Below the pieces are notes generated by a model that was given only the letters and a program-made list of their open reading frames with translations, was not told the origin of the DNA and made no database searches. A stretch of DNA of 31,284 nt from an uncultured cyanobacterium (GTDB lineage Bacteria; Cyanobacteriota; Cyanobacteriia; Leptolyngbyales; Leptolyngbyaceae), in contig CAVYAN010000077.1 in the NCBI GenBank assembly GCA_963766075.1, forward strand, positions 1 to 31,284, written 5' to 3'. The translations under genes and the position numbers were made by a program. The number at the start of each line of letters is the position of its first letter. Within the stretch, counting starts at the first letter, position 1. Below are positions 18,538-27,408 of this stretch, piece by piece.

Positions 18538-20070
18538 TTAACGTCGGGATGTGGTTAACGTTGGGATAAGGTATTGAATCAGGGTGCTGGCATCCACTCC
18601 CAGCAGGGTTCGGTCTTGAACAGCCCGTTGGGCAGCTTGGGCATGCCACCATGTGGCGGCGGCCACCGTTTGCAAGGGCGCGATCGCCGAGGTAGCTGCT
18701 TGGGCCAATAACCCGCCAATCAGCCCCGTGAGCACATCGCCCGTGCCACCTCTTGCCAGGGCGGGGGTGCTTGTGGGGTTAATCCAGGCTTCACCCTGGG
18801 GGCTGGCGATGACGACCCTAGCCCCTTTGAGTAGCACGATGGCGTTGCTGTGCTGAGCCGCGGCTTGAGTGGCCTGAATGCGGCAGGTCATGGCAGTGGT
18901 GCATTGGGGAAATAGGCGCTGAAATTCGCCCAGATGCGGCGTCAAAATTGTGGGCGCAGTTCGGTCGAGGGTCGTGGATCCAAGGGCGGCGAGGCAGTTC
19001 AAGCCATCGGCGTCTAAGACGAGGGGACGATCGCTGGCTAAAACAGCTTGGACGAGGGTCTGGACGGCTGGGGTTAAGCCGGGACCGCAGGCGATCGCGG
19101 TGTAGCGTTCTAGGTCAAGTTCTGGGGGCAACTGGGCGATCGCACCTGTGGCTGACTCGGGACAGCCCAAAATCACCGCATCGGGGATTTGAGCGACCAG
19201 AATGGGTTTGAGCGATTGTGGCACAGCCATGGACAGCATGCCCACGCCGGTTGCTCGGGCTGCTAGTCCAGCAAGAATGGCCGCCCCCATATAGCGCTGC
19301 GACCCGCAAATCAGCAACAAATGGCCCATTTTATACTTATGGGTATCCAAGGGACGGTGCAGGGGCAGATGCCTCTGGGCGATCGCCGGGGTAATCCGTT
19401 GCACCAGCGGCGCATCCCCAAGAATGGCCAACACGTCTGCCAGGGGAATATCCAACTCAATCAAGTCGGCCTGTCCGATTTGGGCTAGGGCGTGATCTTG
19501 CATCAGTCCTTGTTTCCAGAGCCCCAAGCAGAGTGTGCGGGTGGCGCAAATGGCCGTGCCCAAGATGGCCCCGGTATCGGTATGCAATCCCGAAGGTAGA
19601 TCAAGGCTGACGATGGGCAGGGTGGATTGATTGCAGCGCTGAATCTGGTCGGCCAGATCGCCCGTAATGGGACGCTCCAAGCCAAACCCGAACAGGCCAT
19701 CGATTAAAAAATCGGCGGACTGAAGGGGGGGATGGGCGATCGTGGGAATCCCCAAACTGGCGCAATACCGGGCGTGCTGCGTCGTCAGTTCTTTTTGTTG
19801 CGCAAAGGGACAGTAGATGGTTACGCTGTAGCCCTGGAAATGCAATTCTCGGGCCACTCCCAGGGCATCGCCCCCATTGTGACCGGGGCCGACCAAAACA
19901 CCAACCCGGGGATATTTTGTCCGAGGATACCAGGTGACTAGGCGTTGGACAATGCGACCCACGACCTTTTCCATCAAGGCGGCCACGGGCATCCCAGCGG
20001 CAAATAGGCGAGCCTCGATCTGGTGCATCTGGGTGGCGGTGACGACAAATTGCTGGGTCTCTTGCTCCAT
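18538..20070 (-). CDS. nnr: Bifunctional NAD(P)H-hydrate epimerase/dehydratase (YjeF)
   Basis: GPGHNGGD, IDGLFGFG, DLPSG, HKYKMG, GPGL, DADGLN, TPHLGEF, ARGGTGDVLTG motifs. Confidence 0.95.
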   Translation of the reverse strand: MEQETQQFVVTATQMHQIEARLFAAGMPVAALMEKVVGRIVQRLVTWYPRTKYPRVGVLVGPGHNGGDALGVARELHFQGYSVTIYCPFAQQKELTTQHARYCASLGIPTIAHPPLQSADFLIDGLFGFGLERPITGDLADQIQRCNQSTLPIVSLDLPSGLHTDTGAILGTAICATRTLCLGLWKQGLMQDHALAQIGQADLIELDIPLADVLAILGDAPLVQRITPAIAQRHLPLHRPLDTHKYKMGHLLLICGSQRYMGAAILAGLAARATGVGMLSMAVPQSLKPILVAQIPDAVILGCPESATGAIAQLPPELDLERYTAIACGPGLTPAVQTLVQAVLASDRPLVLDADGLNCLAALGSTTLDRTAPTILTPHLGEFQRLFPQCTTAMTCRIQATQAAAQHSNAIVLLKGARVVIASPQGEAWINPTSTPALARGGTGDVLTGLIGGLLAQAATSAIAPLQTVAAATWWHAQAAQRAVQDRTLLGVDASTLIQYLIPTLTTSRR

Positions 20071-20086
20071 GCCAGTTATCCAGTGA

Positions 20087-20920
20087 TTAGCGGTTGAAAA
20101 ATACCCGCGCATCCATACCTTGTTGGCGGAGGTAGCGATTCATTTCTTCTGCGGCACTGCGTTGGGCAAAAGGGCCAATTTCTAAATGAGGCCCGATGGG
20201 AGCTTGGCGCTGTTGGATGGCGTTGGGGCGAATGCCTAGGCGAATGGCTTGGGCGGTAAGCGCGTTGAAGTTTGCTGAATCGGTGGGAATCACCACAACA
20301 TAACGGGCAGCGGCGTTGACAGCATTGTTGAGGTCGCTACTGCTGAGGCCGCTTGGCTGGCTGGGAGAGGCCAGAGGCAACGGCGCGTTAGAAGGAATGC
20401 TGGTGGGCAACCCGGTGCTGGTGGTCAAAATGGCGGCCTGGAGGCCCTGGGCATTTAAGGCTTGGACTTGGCGCTGGGCATTGGTCAGGTTGCCAAAGCT
20501 GCCGGTTTGAATCAGGGATTGCCCTTGATATTGGGTCAGGAAAGCCGTAGGAATGCTGGCGCGCACCTGTTGCAGCAGCAAGGGACTCGCACCGTTCACA
20601 TAGACGATATAACGATCGCTGGGAATCGGGCGATCGCTGGCGGGCGATCGATAGACCGCATTGGGCGAAACATTGGGCAACGCATCCGGCAAGGGTGCTC
20701 CCAAGGGTAGCATCCCGTTATTCGGGGCCAAGTCCGGCACCGACACCGCTGGCGGCGGCGGCAGGCGTCCGGATAAATCCTGGGCGGGAGTTATAGCACT
20801 GCCCAACAGCAGCCATCCCACTACGGCTGAGATCGGGGACAACAGCCCAAAGCTCCCCTTTTTCCACGATCTCGAACCTCGGCATCCTGGACAGACTCGG
20901 AACGGTTGAGTGGCTATCAT
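20087..20920 (-). CDS. Exported Pro-rich protein with SPOR-like domains
   Basis: Hydrophobic N-terminal segment, Pro-rich linker, IQTGSF...NAQRQVQAL and EIGPF...AEEMNRYLRQQGMDARV; AGGAG RBS. Confidence 0.7.
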   Translation of the reverse strand: MIATQPFRVCPGCRGSRSWKKGSFGLLSPISAVVGWLLLGSAITPAQDLSGRLPPPPAVSVPDLAPNNGMLPLGAPLPDALPNVSPNAVYRSPASDRPIPSDRYIVYVNGASPLLLQQVRASIPTAFLTQYQGQSLIQTGSFGNLTNAQRQVQALNAQGLQAAILTTSTGLPTSIPSNAPLPLASPSQPSGLSSSDLNNAVNAAARYVVVIPTDSANFNALTAQAIRLGIRPNAIQQRQAPIGPHLEIGPFAQRSAAEEMNRYLRQQGMDARVFFNR

Positions 20921-20934
20921 ACTCCTAGTCCTTT

Positions 20935-20979
20935 AAGTACTGTGGTTTTGAGTGCTGTGATTTTAAGTGCTGTGGTCTT
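20935..20979. repeat. Imperfect 15-bp tandem repeat x3
   Basis: aagtactgtggtttt / gagtgctgtgatttt / aagtgctgtggtctt. Confidence 0.8.
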
Positions 20980-21068
20980 CCTCGCCATGGTACACACAGA
21001 CTGTGGCAGTGGATGAGTTTCTTTGGTTTGGGAGATCCGGCGATCGCCCAAACAACTTGCCACCTAAA

Positions 21069-21130
21069 TCGTCAATGAAGCCAAGTCGCCAATGAAGCCA
21101 AGTCGCCAATGAAGCCAAGTCGCCAATGAA
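21069..21130. repeat. 17-bp tandem repeat, about 3.6 copies (tcgccaatgaagccaag)
   Basis: Units start at 21069 (one mismatch), 21086, 21103 and 21120 (partial). Confidence 0.95.
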
Positions 21131-21160
21131 AAGAGCTAAGGTATCTCTACCTTAGCTCTT
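21129..21160 (-). terminator. Rho-independent terminator of the DUF4278 gene
   Basis: Perfect 13-bp stem aagagctaaggta-tctc-taccttagctctt, ending in TTTT on the minus strand. Confidence 0.75.
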
Positions 21161-21231
21161 GGGTTCTAGTCCCCAGTCTCTTTTTCAACGCACATCAACC
21201 CCTGGAAAAACTCTTGGGGGCGCTAGGCAAG

Positions 21232-21639
21232 TTATGCCATTTGTTCCATTTCTTGCTGCAAAAGTTGGATCAGAGTTTGGTCACCGTTGGCTTCAGCCGC
21301 CTTGATCCGGCGTTCCAAATTACGGTGAATATTCACCCGATGCAGATTGGAGGCTTCGGCGTTGGCTGCGGCCTTCGTGGTAAACAGTTTGAAGTCAACC
21401 GCAGGCTTAACCCAGGTGGTTGCAACCTTACCGCCATTCAGGCTGTAGCGAAGCCCACGATAGATTAAGTTCGCTGCAACCGGATCTGGAACTGTAGCCA
21501 CAGCGCGGGTCGGATCCACGGCGTAGGTCAACCCACGATAGGACAGCGTAAACGGCTGGCGGGGAGTGGCGGCAGTACGTAGAGGTGCGCCAGTGATAGA
21601 ATCGTAATCGTAGCTGAGACCACGGTAGAAGAGCTTCAT
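21232..21639 (-). CDS. DUF4278-repeat protein with PirA-like C-terminal helix
   Basis: Three LxYRGLxY motifs followed by HRVNIHRNLERRIKAAEANGDQTLIQLLQQE; GAGG RBS. Confidence 0.8.
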   Translation of the reverse strand: MKLFYRGLSYDYDSITGAPLRTAATPRQPFTLSYRGLTYAVDPTRAVATVPDPVAANLIYRGLRYSLNGGKVATTWVKPAVDFKLFTTKAAANAEASNLHRVNIHRNLERRIKAAEANGDQTLIQLLQQEMEQMA

Positions 21640-21677
21640 ATTCGCCTCTTAAGTCCTGTAATAGTGAAGTAGTGAAC

Positions 21678-21752
21678 GAGGCGCGTTCCTTCAGGATGAA
21701 CTCCTTACTTCCGTCTTTCCAAAGCTGTTTGGCTTGAGAGAAGATGAACGTC
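21678..21752 (-). ncRNA. Glutamine riboswitch (glnA RNA motif)
   Basis: Minus strand reads CGUUCAUCU...GACGGAAGUAAGG-AGUUCAU-CCUGAAGGAACGCGCC, matching the glnA-motif P1 and E-loop pattern; sits in the leader of a DUF4278 gene, a known context. Confidence 0.88.
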
Positions 21753-21762
21753 TTTGTTACTT

Positions 21763-21780
21763 CTGTATTATAAGCTACAG
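21763..21780 (-). promoter_or_regulatory. NtcA site overlapping a TATAAT -10 box (repressor geometry)
   Basis: CTGTA-ttataagc-TACAG, with GTA-N8-TAC at 21765-21778; minus-strand TATAAT at 21772-21767, about 15 nt upstream of the riboswitch. Confidence 0.8.
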
Positions 21781-21852
21781 ATTTTCAAAGATCTGAGGAT
21801 CGTTGAAAAAGTTTGCAATTTCTTTAAGCTTGCAATGTTGTGGCCTAGGCCG

Positions 21853-23091
21853 TCAGGCTGAATGCACGGATTGGGGACCGTATGGGGCTGGGGACGTTTG
21901 GCCCCACAGGAACAGTTCTCCCCGCTGCCCGCCTGCTGCCAGGTAAATGCCTTGGGGATGCCAACTGAGACAGTTGAACCCCTGAGGGGCTCCATCGAGG
22001 GTTTGAACCAGGGCGCAGGCGTTTTGCCAAATACCAATCCAGCCATCGGCGGCGGCAGTGGCTAAATGGGAAGTACCCGGTTGGAACGCCAGGGCAGGAA
22101 GAGTGGCATCATGATCGCCGAGAATTTGCCCAGTCCAGCCGATCGCCGCGTCGGGGTGTTGCTCCCAGAGAATTGCACTGCTGGCACTCGCCACTGCGAG
22201 GCGCGCAGGCTCATGCTGGGATGGGTTGGACCACGCCAGATGACGAATTTTGCCCGGAAATCCGCGCATGACCCACGGTGCAGAGTTGCCCCATTCCACC
22301 ACAGCAATGGTGCGATCCAGATTGCCCGCCGCTAAGTATTGACCATCCTGGGACCACGCGATCGCCACACTGGCCGATGGAATTTCTAATCCCCTGGGAT
22401 CGGCATCCCAGTCTGCGGCATCCCAGATTTTCAGGCCCTGATAGCCTGCGATCGCTAAATGTGTCCCCGTTGGATGCCAAGCCAAATCCAGAACGGAAGA
22501 CTGTTCAAAATTCAGGGTGGCCAGGATGGCGTTCGCCTTGACATCCCAGATCTGCACATATTTCCCCAAGGTATACGCCAGTTGAGCCCTGTGGGGATGC
22601 CACGCCAGATGATCAACCCAGACGGAAGCATTGGCCAACGTCGTGATCAATGTCGGCACAGACAGTTGGGCTGGCTCACTCACTGACTCGGTACCTGACT
22701 CGCTACCTGGCTCGCTACCTGGCTCGCTAATCTGCCAGATATAAATGTGGCCTGACTGTCCAGCCGCCGCCAAAAAATTGCCATCACCCGAAAAAGCGAG
22801 GCAGTCTACTGATGTCCCATCGCCTTCCTGCAGCACTGCCAGCAATTCGACCGGGGATAAATTGGCTATGGTTGGATTGGCCGCCATAGTTGGATTGGCC
22901 GCAGGCAAACGCGCCACTGACCAGACGGCAACTTCACCAGCGGCAGAACTGGCTGCAAGCAATCGGCCTGTAGGGTCAAAGGCGATCGCTGTTACATAAT
23001 CGGCTAAGTCGCCGCGCCAACAGAGGCGAAAGGATAATTCAGCCGCTTCTAAATCCAGGACTTCAGCATCCGGTCTTTCTACACCAGGCAT
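21853..23091 (-). CDS. WD40-repeat protein (COG0523-associated)
   Basis: Repeated LAWHP/LAFS...IWD units; overlaps the end of the CobW-family gene. Confidence 0.88.
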   Translation of the reverse strand: MPGVERPDAEVLDLEAAELSFRLCWRGDLADYVTAIAFDPTGRLLAASSAAGEVAVWSVARLPAANPTMAANPTIANLSPVELLAVLQEGDGTSVDCLAFSGDGNFLAAAGQSGHIYIWQISEPGSEPGSESGTESVSEPAQLSVPTLITTLANASVWVDHLAWHPHRAQLAYTLGKYVQIWDVKANAILATLNFEQSSVLDLAWHPTGTHLAIAGYQGLKIWDAADWDADPRGLEIPSASVAIAWSQDGQYLAAGNLDRTIAVVEWGNSAPWVMRGFPGKIRHLAWSNPSQHEPARLAVASASSAILWEQHPDAAIGWTGQILGDHDATLPALAFQPGTSHLATAAADGWIGIWQNACALVQTLDGAPQGFNCLSWHPQGIYLAAGGQRGELFLWGQTSPAPYGPQSVHSA

Positions 23092-24050
23092 TGGCGAAAT
23101 GCCTCTTTGAGCTTGGCTTCATCCAGATTGCGTCCGATGAAAACCAGCATATTTTGGCGAATTTCGTCCGGTTTCCAGGGGCGATCGGCCCTGCCATCAA
23201 ACAGCATGTGTACGCCCTGGAACACAAAACGACAGTCTTCCGTAGCAATATTTAAAATACCCTTCATACGGAAAATATCTGGGCCTTGATTGCGCAGCAA
23301 ATCACTCAGCCAGTCGTTCAGTTTGGTGGCAGAGATCGCCCCGGGTTCCACGATCGCCACGGAATACACCGTCTCGTCATGGACATGGGCATCTTCCCCC
23401 AGAAACTGCGGATCGATATCGAGGGCGCGGTTTAAGTCAAAGGCCCGAATTCCCAACAGGGTATCCATGCCCACTTCCGCATTCCGGGTGGCATAAATTT
23501 TGGCCATGGCGTTCATCTCCCGAATGCGCCGTTCCAGGTCAGCTAATTCCTCAGTAGTAACCAAATCGACTTTGTTCAGCAAAATCACATCGGCAAAGGC
23601 AATTTGCTCCTGGGCCTCGCTGGCCTCCCAGTGTTGTGCAATATGCTTGGCATCCACAACCGTAACCACAGCGTCTAAGTGGGTTTGGGCTTGGACATCC
23701 TCGTCCACAAAAAACGTTTGGATGACCGGGGCGGGATCGGCTAGGCCCGTAGTTTCAATCACCAGATGATCGAATTTGTCGCGGCGCTTCATTAGATTGC
23801 CGATGATCCGGATGAGATCGCCCCGGACGGTGCAGCAAATGCAGCCATTATTCATTTCAAAGATTTCTTCATCGGTATTGACGATTAGTTGATGATCAAT
23901 GCCCACTTCCCCAAATTCATTGACGATCACGGCGATTTTTTGGCCATGTTCATGGGTCAGAATGCGGTTGAGCAGGGTCGTTTTACCGGCACCGAGATAG
24001 CCGGTTAGAACCGTGACGGGAATGGTTGAGGGGCGTTCGGTGGTGATCAT
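23079..24050 (-). CDS. CobW/COG0523 family metallochaperone GTPase
   Basis: TGYLGAGKTTLL, NEFGE, GCICCTVR, ETTGLADP, NKVD, RMKG, FQGVH. Start chosen at ATG 24050; the ORF extends to 24077. Confidence 0.93.
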   Translation of the reverse strand: MITTERPSTIPVTVLTGYLGAGKTTLLNRILTHEHGQKIAVIVNEFGEVGIDHQLIVNTDEEIFEMNNGCICCTVRGDLIRIIGNLMKRRDKFDHLVIETTGLADPAPVIQTFFVDEDVQAQTHLDAVVTVVDAKHIAQHWEASEAQEQIAFADVILLNKVDLVTTEELADLERRIREMNAMAKIYATRNAEVGMDTLLGIRAFDLNRALDIDPQFLGEDAHVHDETVYSVAIVEPGAISATKLNDWLSDLLRNQGPDIFRMKGILNIATEDCRFVFQGVHMLFDGRADRPWKPDEIRQNMLVFIGRNLDEAKLKEAFRQCLV

Positions 24051-24103
24051 GGGAGACTCCAGCGCAATGCTCCCCATTATGCGGGACGGATCTAAAGTTT
24101 GGC

Positions 24104-25279
24104 TTAGGGAATGTGATATCGCATGCCTGCGGTGGCCACGACTAAATCGCGCATTTCCAATTGGGTGAGCGCGCTGGAAACTTGGCTGGCGGGCAGTCCT
24201 GTGGTCTGAACTAACCAGTCAAATGGGGCGGCACTGGAGTCGGATGTGGGCGGAAATTGGGCGATCGCCTGCAATACCTGGGCTAAATCTGGAGCCAAAT
24301 CTAGGGCTAAATCTGGGGCGGCGGCTGAAGCAGCAGATGGGGCCGCAGACGAGGCAGCAGATGGAGCGGCGCGATCGCCCACTATCCGGGGCAAACTGCC
24401 CAACATCTCCAACAGCTCGGCCTCGCCCAAAATCGGCTGCGCCCCTTTGAACAAGAGGTTCAGACAGCCTAGGGATTGGAGATTATCCAAACTGCCTGGA
24501 AGAATATAAACATCGCGGCAATAGTCATTGGCAAGGCGAGCGGTAATGAGGGCACCGGATTTGTGGGAGGCTTCCAGGACCAGAGTGGCACGACTGAGTC
24601 CGGCAATAATGCGATTGCGACGGGGAAAATGGGCGCGATCGGGTCCGGTCCCAAAGGGATATTCACTCAGAACCAGCCCTTGTTCTAGGATTTGTTGCCC
24701 CAACGCTTTATTAGTCCAGGGATAAATGAGATTCACGCCCGTCCCCATGACAGCCCACGTCCGTCCACCCACCGCCATACAAGTGCGATGGGCCTCAGCA
24801 TCAACGCCCGCCGCTAATCCCGAAATGATCGTAAAGCCGTTCTCCGCCAGCACTTGGGTGAGACGGCGAGTCCAGCGGCGTCCATAGTCCGTCGGGTCAC
24901 GGGTGCCGACAATCGCCACCGCAGGCACCTGCCCCGCATTCTCCTGGGGCACGACGCGCCCCCGGTAATACAACACCGTGGGCGGGTCCGGCACTTCCCA
25001 CAACAGACGGGGATAGTCAGCGTCGGCTGGCGTCCAAAAGTGGGCATTTTCCTGTTCATGCTGTTGCAGCAGGGCGAGGGGATCCAGCGATCGCCGCCCC
25101 GTGACAATTCCTTCCACAGTCAGCAGGCCAATCCCCTCGACCGCCAACAAATCAGCGGCTTCTGCCGCCCAAGCCTGGGATAATGTGCCAAAGTGCTGAT
25201 GCAATCGCTTAATTAACACCGGACCCATCTCGGGCACCTGCGACCACGCCAACCAAAATGCCCGTTCCGTTGCTTGCAT
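24104..25279 (-). CDS. dprA: DNA-processing protein DprA
   Basis: VAIVGTR, IISGLAAGVDAEAH, SEYP, FPRRNRIIAGLS, SGALITA and a C-terminal winged-helix-like segment. Confidence 0.96.
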   Translation of the reverse strand: MQATERAFWLAWSQVPEMGPVLIKRLHQHFGTLSQAWAAEAADLLAVEGIGLLTVEGIVTGRRSLDPLALLQQHEQENAHFWTPADADYPRLLWEVPDPPTVLYYRGRVVPQENAGQVPAVAIVGTRDPTDYGRRWTRRLTQVLAENGFTIISGLAAGVDAEAHRTCMAVGGRTWAVMGTGVNLIYPWTNKALGQQILEQGLVLSEYPFGTGPDRAHFPRRNRIIAGLSRATLVLEASHKSGALITARLANDYCRDVYILPGSLDNLQSLGCLNLLFKGAQPILGEAELLEMLGSLPRIVGDRAAPSAASSAAPSAASAAAPDLALDLAPDLAQVLQAIAQFPPTSDSSAAPFDWLVQTTGLPASQVSSALTQLEMRDLVVATAGMRYHIP

Positions 25280-25323
25280 TGTCCTTGCCTTTTCACCTTT
25301 ACCGATCAGCCCGTGCCTCTTTT

Positions 25324-25872
25324 ATGACCATGCCCAGGAATGATGATGTCCGCGAACCTGTGCCCGATCGAGCCGCGAATCTTGTCATTCGTGTAGCCCA
25401 TTACCCAGCGGATTTCCCCGAAATGCAAGCCATCCGCTCTGCGGTGTTTCAGGTGGAACAAGGTGTCGATGCGGCCCTGGAGTTTGATGGGCTTGATGAA
25501 ACAGCACGGCACATTCTAGCCCTATGGCACGATCAAGCCGTGGGCACGGCCCGCCTGCGCTGGCTCGATGTCGCCCATGTCAAAATCGAGCGCGTCGCCG
25601 TACTCAAGGAATGCCGAGGCATGGGCATTGGCAAGGCCATCATGGAATATATGCTCGATGCCCTAGAAAATGACTTATGCCATGATTTATCGAACGACTT
25701 CCGGGATGTACCTGTAACTTCCGTGCGTCACGTCCAGATTCACGCGCAAACCGCTGTTCAAGACTTCTACGAACGATTGGGATTTGCAGCAATGGGCGAT
25801 CGCTTCCAGGAAGCCGGAATCCCCCATATCAAAATGCAGCGCCCGTTACGATCTAAACCTGAGATCCTCTAA
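25324..25872 (+). CDS. GNAT family acetyltransferase (ElaA/YjcF-like)
   Basis: IRSAVFQVEQGV...EFDGLD, KIERVAVL...RGMGIG, HAQ...FYERLGF, EAGIPHIKM. Confidence 0.9.
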   Translation: MTMPRNDDVREPVPDRAANLVIRVAHYPADFPEMQAIRSAVFQVEQGVDAALEFDGLDETARHILALWHDQAVGTARLRWLDVAHVKIERVAVLKECRGMGIGKAIMEYMLDALENDLCHDLSNDFRDVPVTSVRHVQIHAQTAVQDFYERLGFAAMGDRFQEAGIPHIKMQRPLRSKPEIL

Positions 25873-25905
25873 ACCTGCGATCTAAGGAGGGAATGCTCGA
25901 AAATA

Positions 25906-25943
25906 TCCCCTCCCAGGAGGGGTGCCCACAGGGCGGGGTGGGT
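25906..25943. repeat. GC-rich double-hairpin element resembling cyanobacterial small dispersed (REP-like) repeats
   Basis: cccctcc-ca-ggagggg and gccc-aca-gggc hairpins followed by ggggtgggt, between convergent genes. Only one copy in this window. Confidence 0.5.
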
Positions 25944-26105
25944 CAAACCCGGCAACCCCAGAGAGGCGATCGCGATCGCTGAGTAGTTACTTTTACAGAA
26001 GGATTTTATACCTTTGGTGGTCCTGATGCCGTGTTAAGGGACTTGCGGGAAAATAAAATACCTACCTGTGCATATGGGTAGGGGCACAGCATTGCTATGC
26101 CCCTA

Positions 26106-26666
26106 CTAATTACAGGGATTCCCTTGGCCTTGGCGCATGCCTCCCAACAGGGTGGAAATGACGACGCAGCGCTGGTTGTTGGGATTGCGCTTGGAGACAA
26201 AGGCAATTCGCCCTAGATCAGCGGTGTGGCCCTTGTGGTTAAACTGCACCGCATACATGGCATTCCTTTGATCCAGGGTGGTTTGATTGGACAGGGCGAT
26301 CGCTGAATCTAGGGAATTCCAATCGCTCTCCTGGGGAATGGCATCGGCTTGATGGCTCGCCCATTGCATGCGATTCGCCTGGGTCCGGAAGCTCACCTGC
26401 CAGTTGCGGCTCTTGAGGGCAGCGGTGTTGCGAGTCGTTTGCAGGGCTTGGTAAATCGTGGACCGAGCGGTATTGAGGGCCAGGTTGTCGAAGAAGTGTA
26501 GCCAACTGGGAACCGCGATCGCGGCTAAAATCCCGAGGAAAACCCCGATAATCAACATTTCCAGCAGTGTAAAAGCAGGCTGAGTCAAACCCCTGCGCTG
26601 ATTCGGTCTAAGCTGATTCCGTAGAAAATTCTTGTCTAATCCCAAAAGCACCCTGATCATGGCCAA
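26106..26666 (-). CDS. Type IV minor pilin / pseudopilin (FimT/GspH-like)
   Basis: A|FTLLEML + hydrophobic helix + PSW; C-terminal RCVVISTLLGGMR...C. Confidence 0.85.
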   Translation of the reverse strand: MAMIRVLLGLDKNFLRNQLRPNQRRGLTQPAFTLLEMLIIGVFLGILAAIAVPSWLHFFDNLALNTARSTIYQALQTTRNTAALKSRNWQVSFRTQANRMQWASHQADAIPQESDWNSLDSAIALSNQTTLDQRNAMYAVQFNHKGHTADLGRIAFVSKRNPNNQRCVVISTLLGGMRQGQGNPCN

Positions 26667-26731
26667 TCAATACATTAATGATCGGATTCAGAGTGCCCTA
26701 ATTTAACCCAGAAATCGCGTGATGCCCAAAA

Positions 26732-27403
26732 TTAGCGGGTACAGTTCGCCTGCCCGTCGGCAGTGCGGATACTGCCCAGCACAGTTTCAACAATCACGCA
26801 GCGGTATACCCTGTTTTGGGTTTGTGTACTGTTCCCGGTTTGCACCGCCATGATGAATGGCGTGCCATCATCGATTTGGGAAGTCATCCCAGGGACCGAT
26901 TGGGCTGTGGCCACCGCTCCATTGCTATCAAAGACCAGCGTTGTGCTACTGCCCGTCGCCGTGCCAAAGCCCCGCAACGTTAGAACACCACTTCTAATGT
27001 CCGAGCCTAGGGCTTGCCAACTGGCTGGAGAGCTAGTGTCCACGTTTTCCGGCGTTGGGAACAATGGCCCCGTGGCACTCGCAAACGGAACAGTGACGAT
27101 CGCCGCCCTTGGCAAAGGGGCCGCATTTGTATCAAAAACCACGGCTCGCGCTGTTCGAGTCCGAATCGCGTCAGCCTGCGCCTTGCGTAGCACCTGAGTA
27201 ATATCATTGCGAACCGTCCCCGTCCGCTGGCGAGCAATCAGAGCACTCCAACTGGGGGCCGCGATCGCCATTAAGATCCCAGCAAAAATCACCACCACCA
27301 GCATTTCAATCAAGGTAAAGCCGGGAGCGCGATATCCAGACCGGCCCAAGGGCAACATCATGGCAAGTCTGGCTAAGTTGGGTTTCATAGACTGTTTTTT
27401 CAT
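26732..27403 (-). CDS. Type IV minor pilin (HpsD-like)
   Basis: G|FTLIEMLVV...APSW; C-terminal RCVIVETVLGSIR...C. Confidence 0.88.
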   Translation of the reverse strand: MKKQSMKPNLARLAMMLPLGRSGYRAPGFTLIEMLVVVIFAGILMAIAAPSWSALIARQRTGTVRNDITQVLRKAQADAIRTRTARAVVFDTNAAPLPRAAIVTVPFASATGPLFPTPENVDTSSPASWQALGSDIRSGVLTLRGFGTATGSSTTLVFDSNGAVATAQSVPGMTSQIDDGTPFIMAVQTGNSTQTQNRVYRCVIVETVLGSIRTADGQANCTR

Positions 27404-27408
27404 AATGA

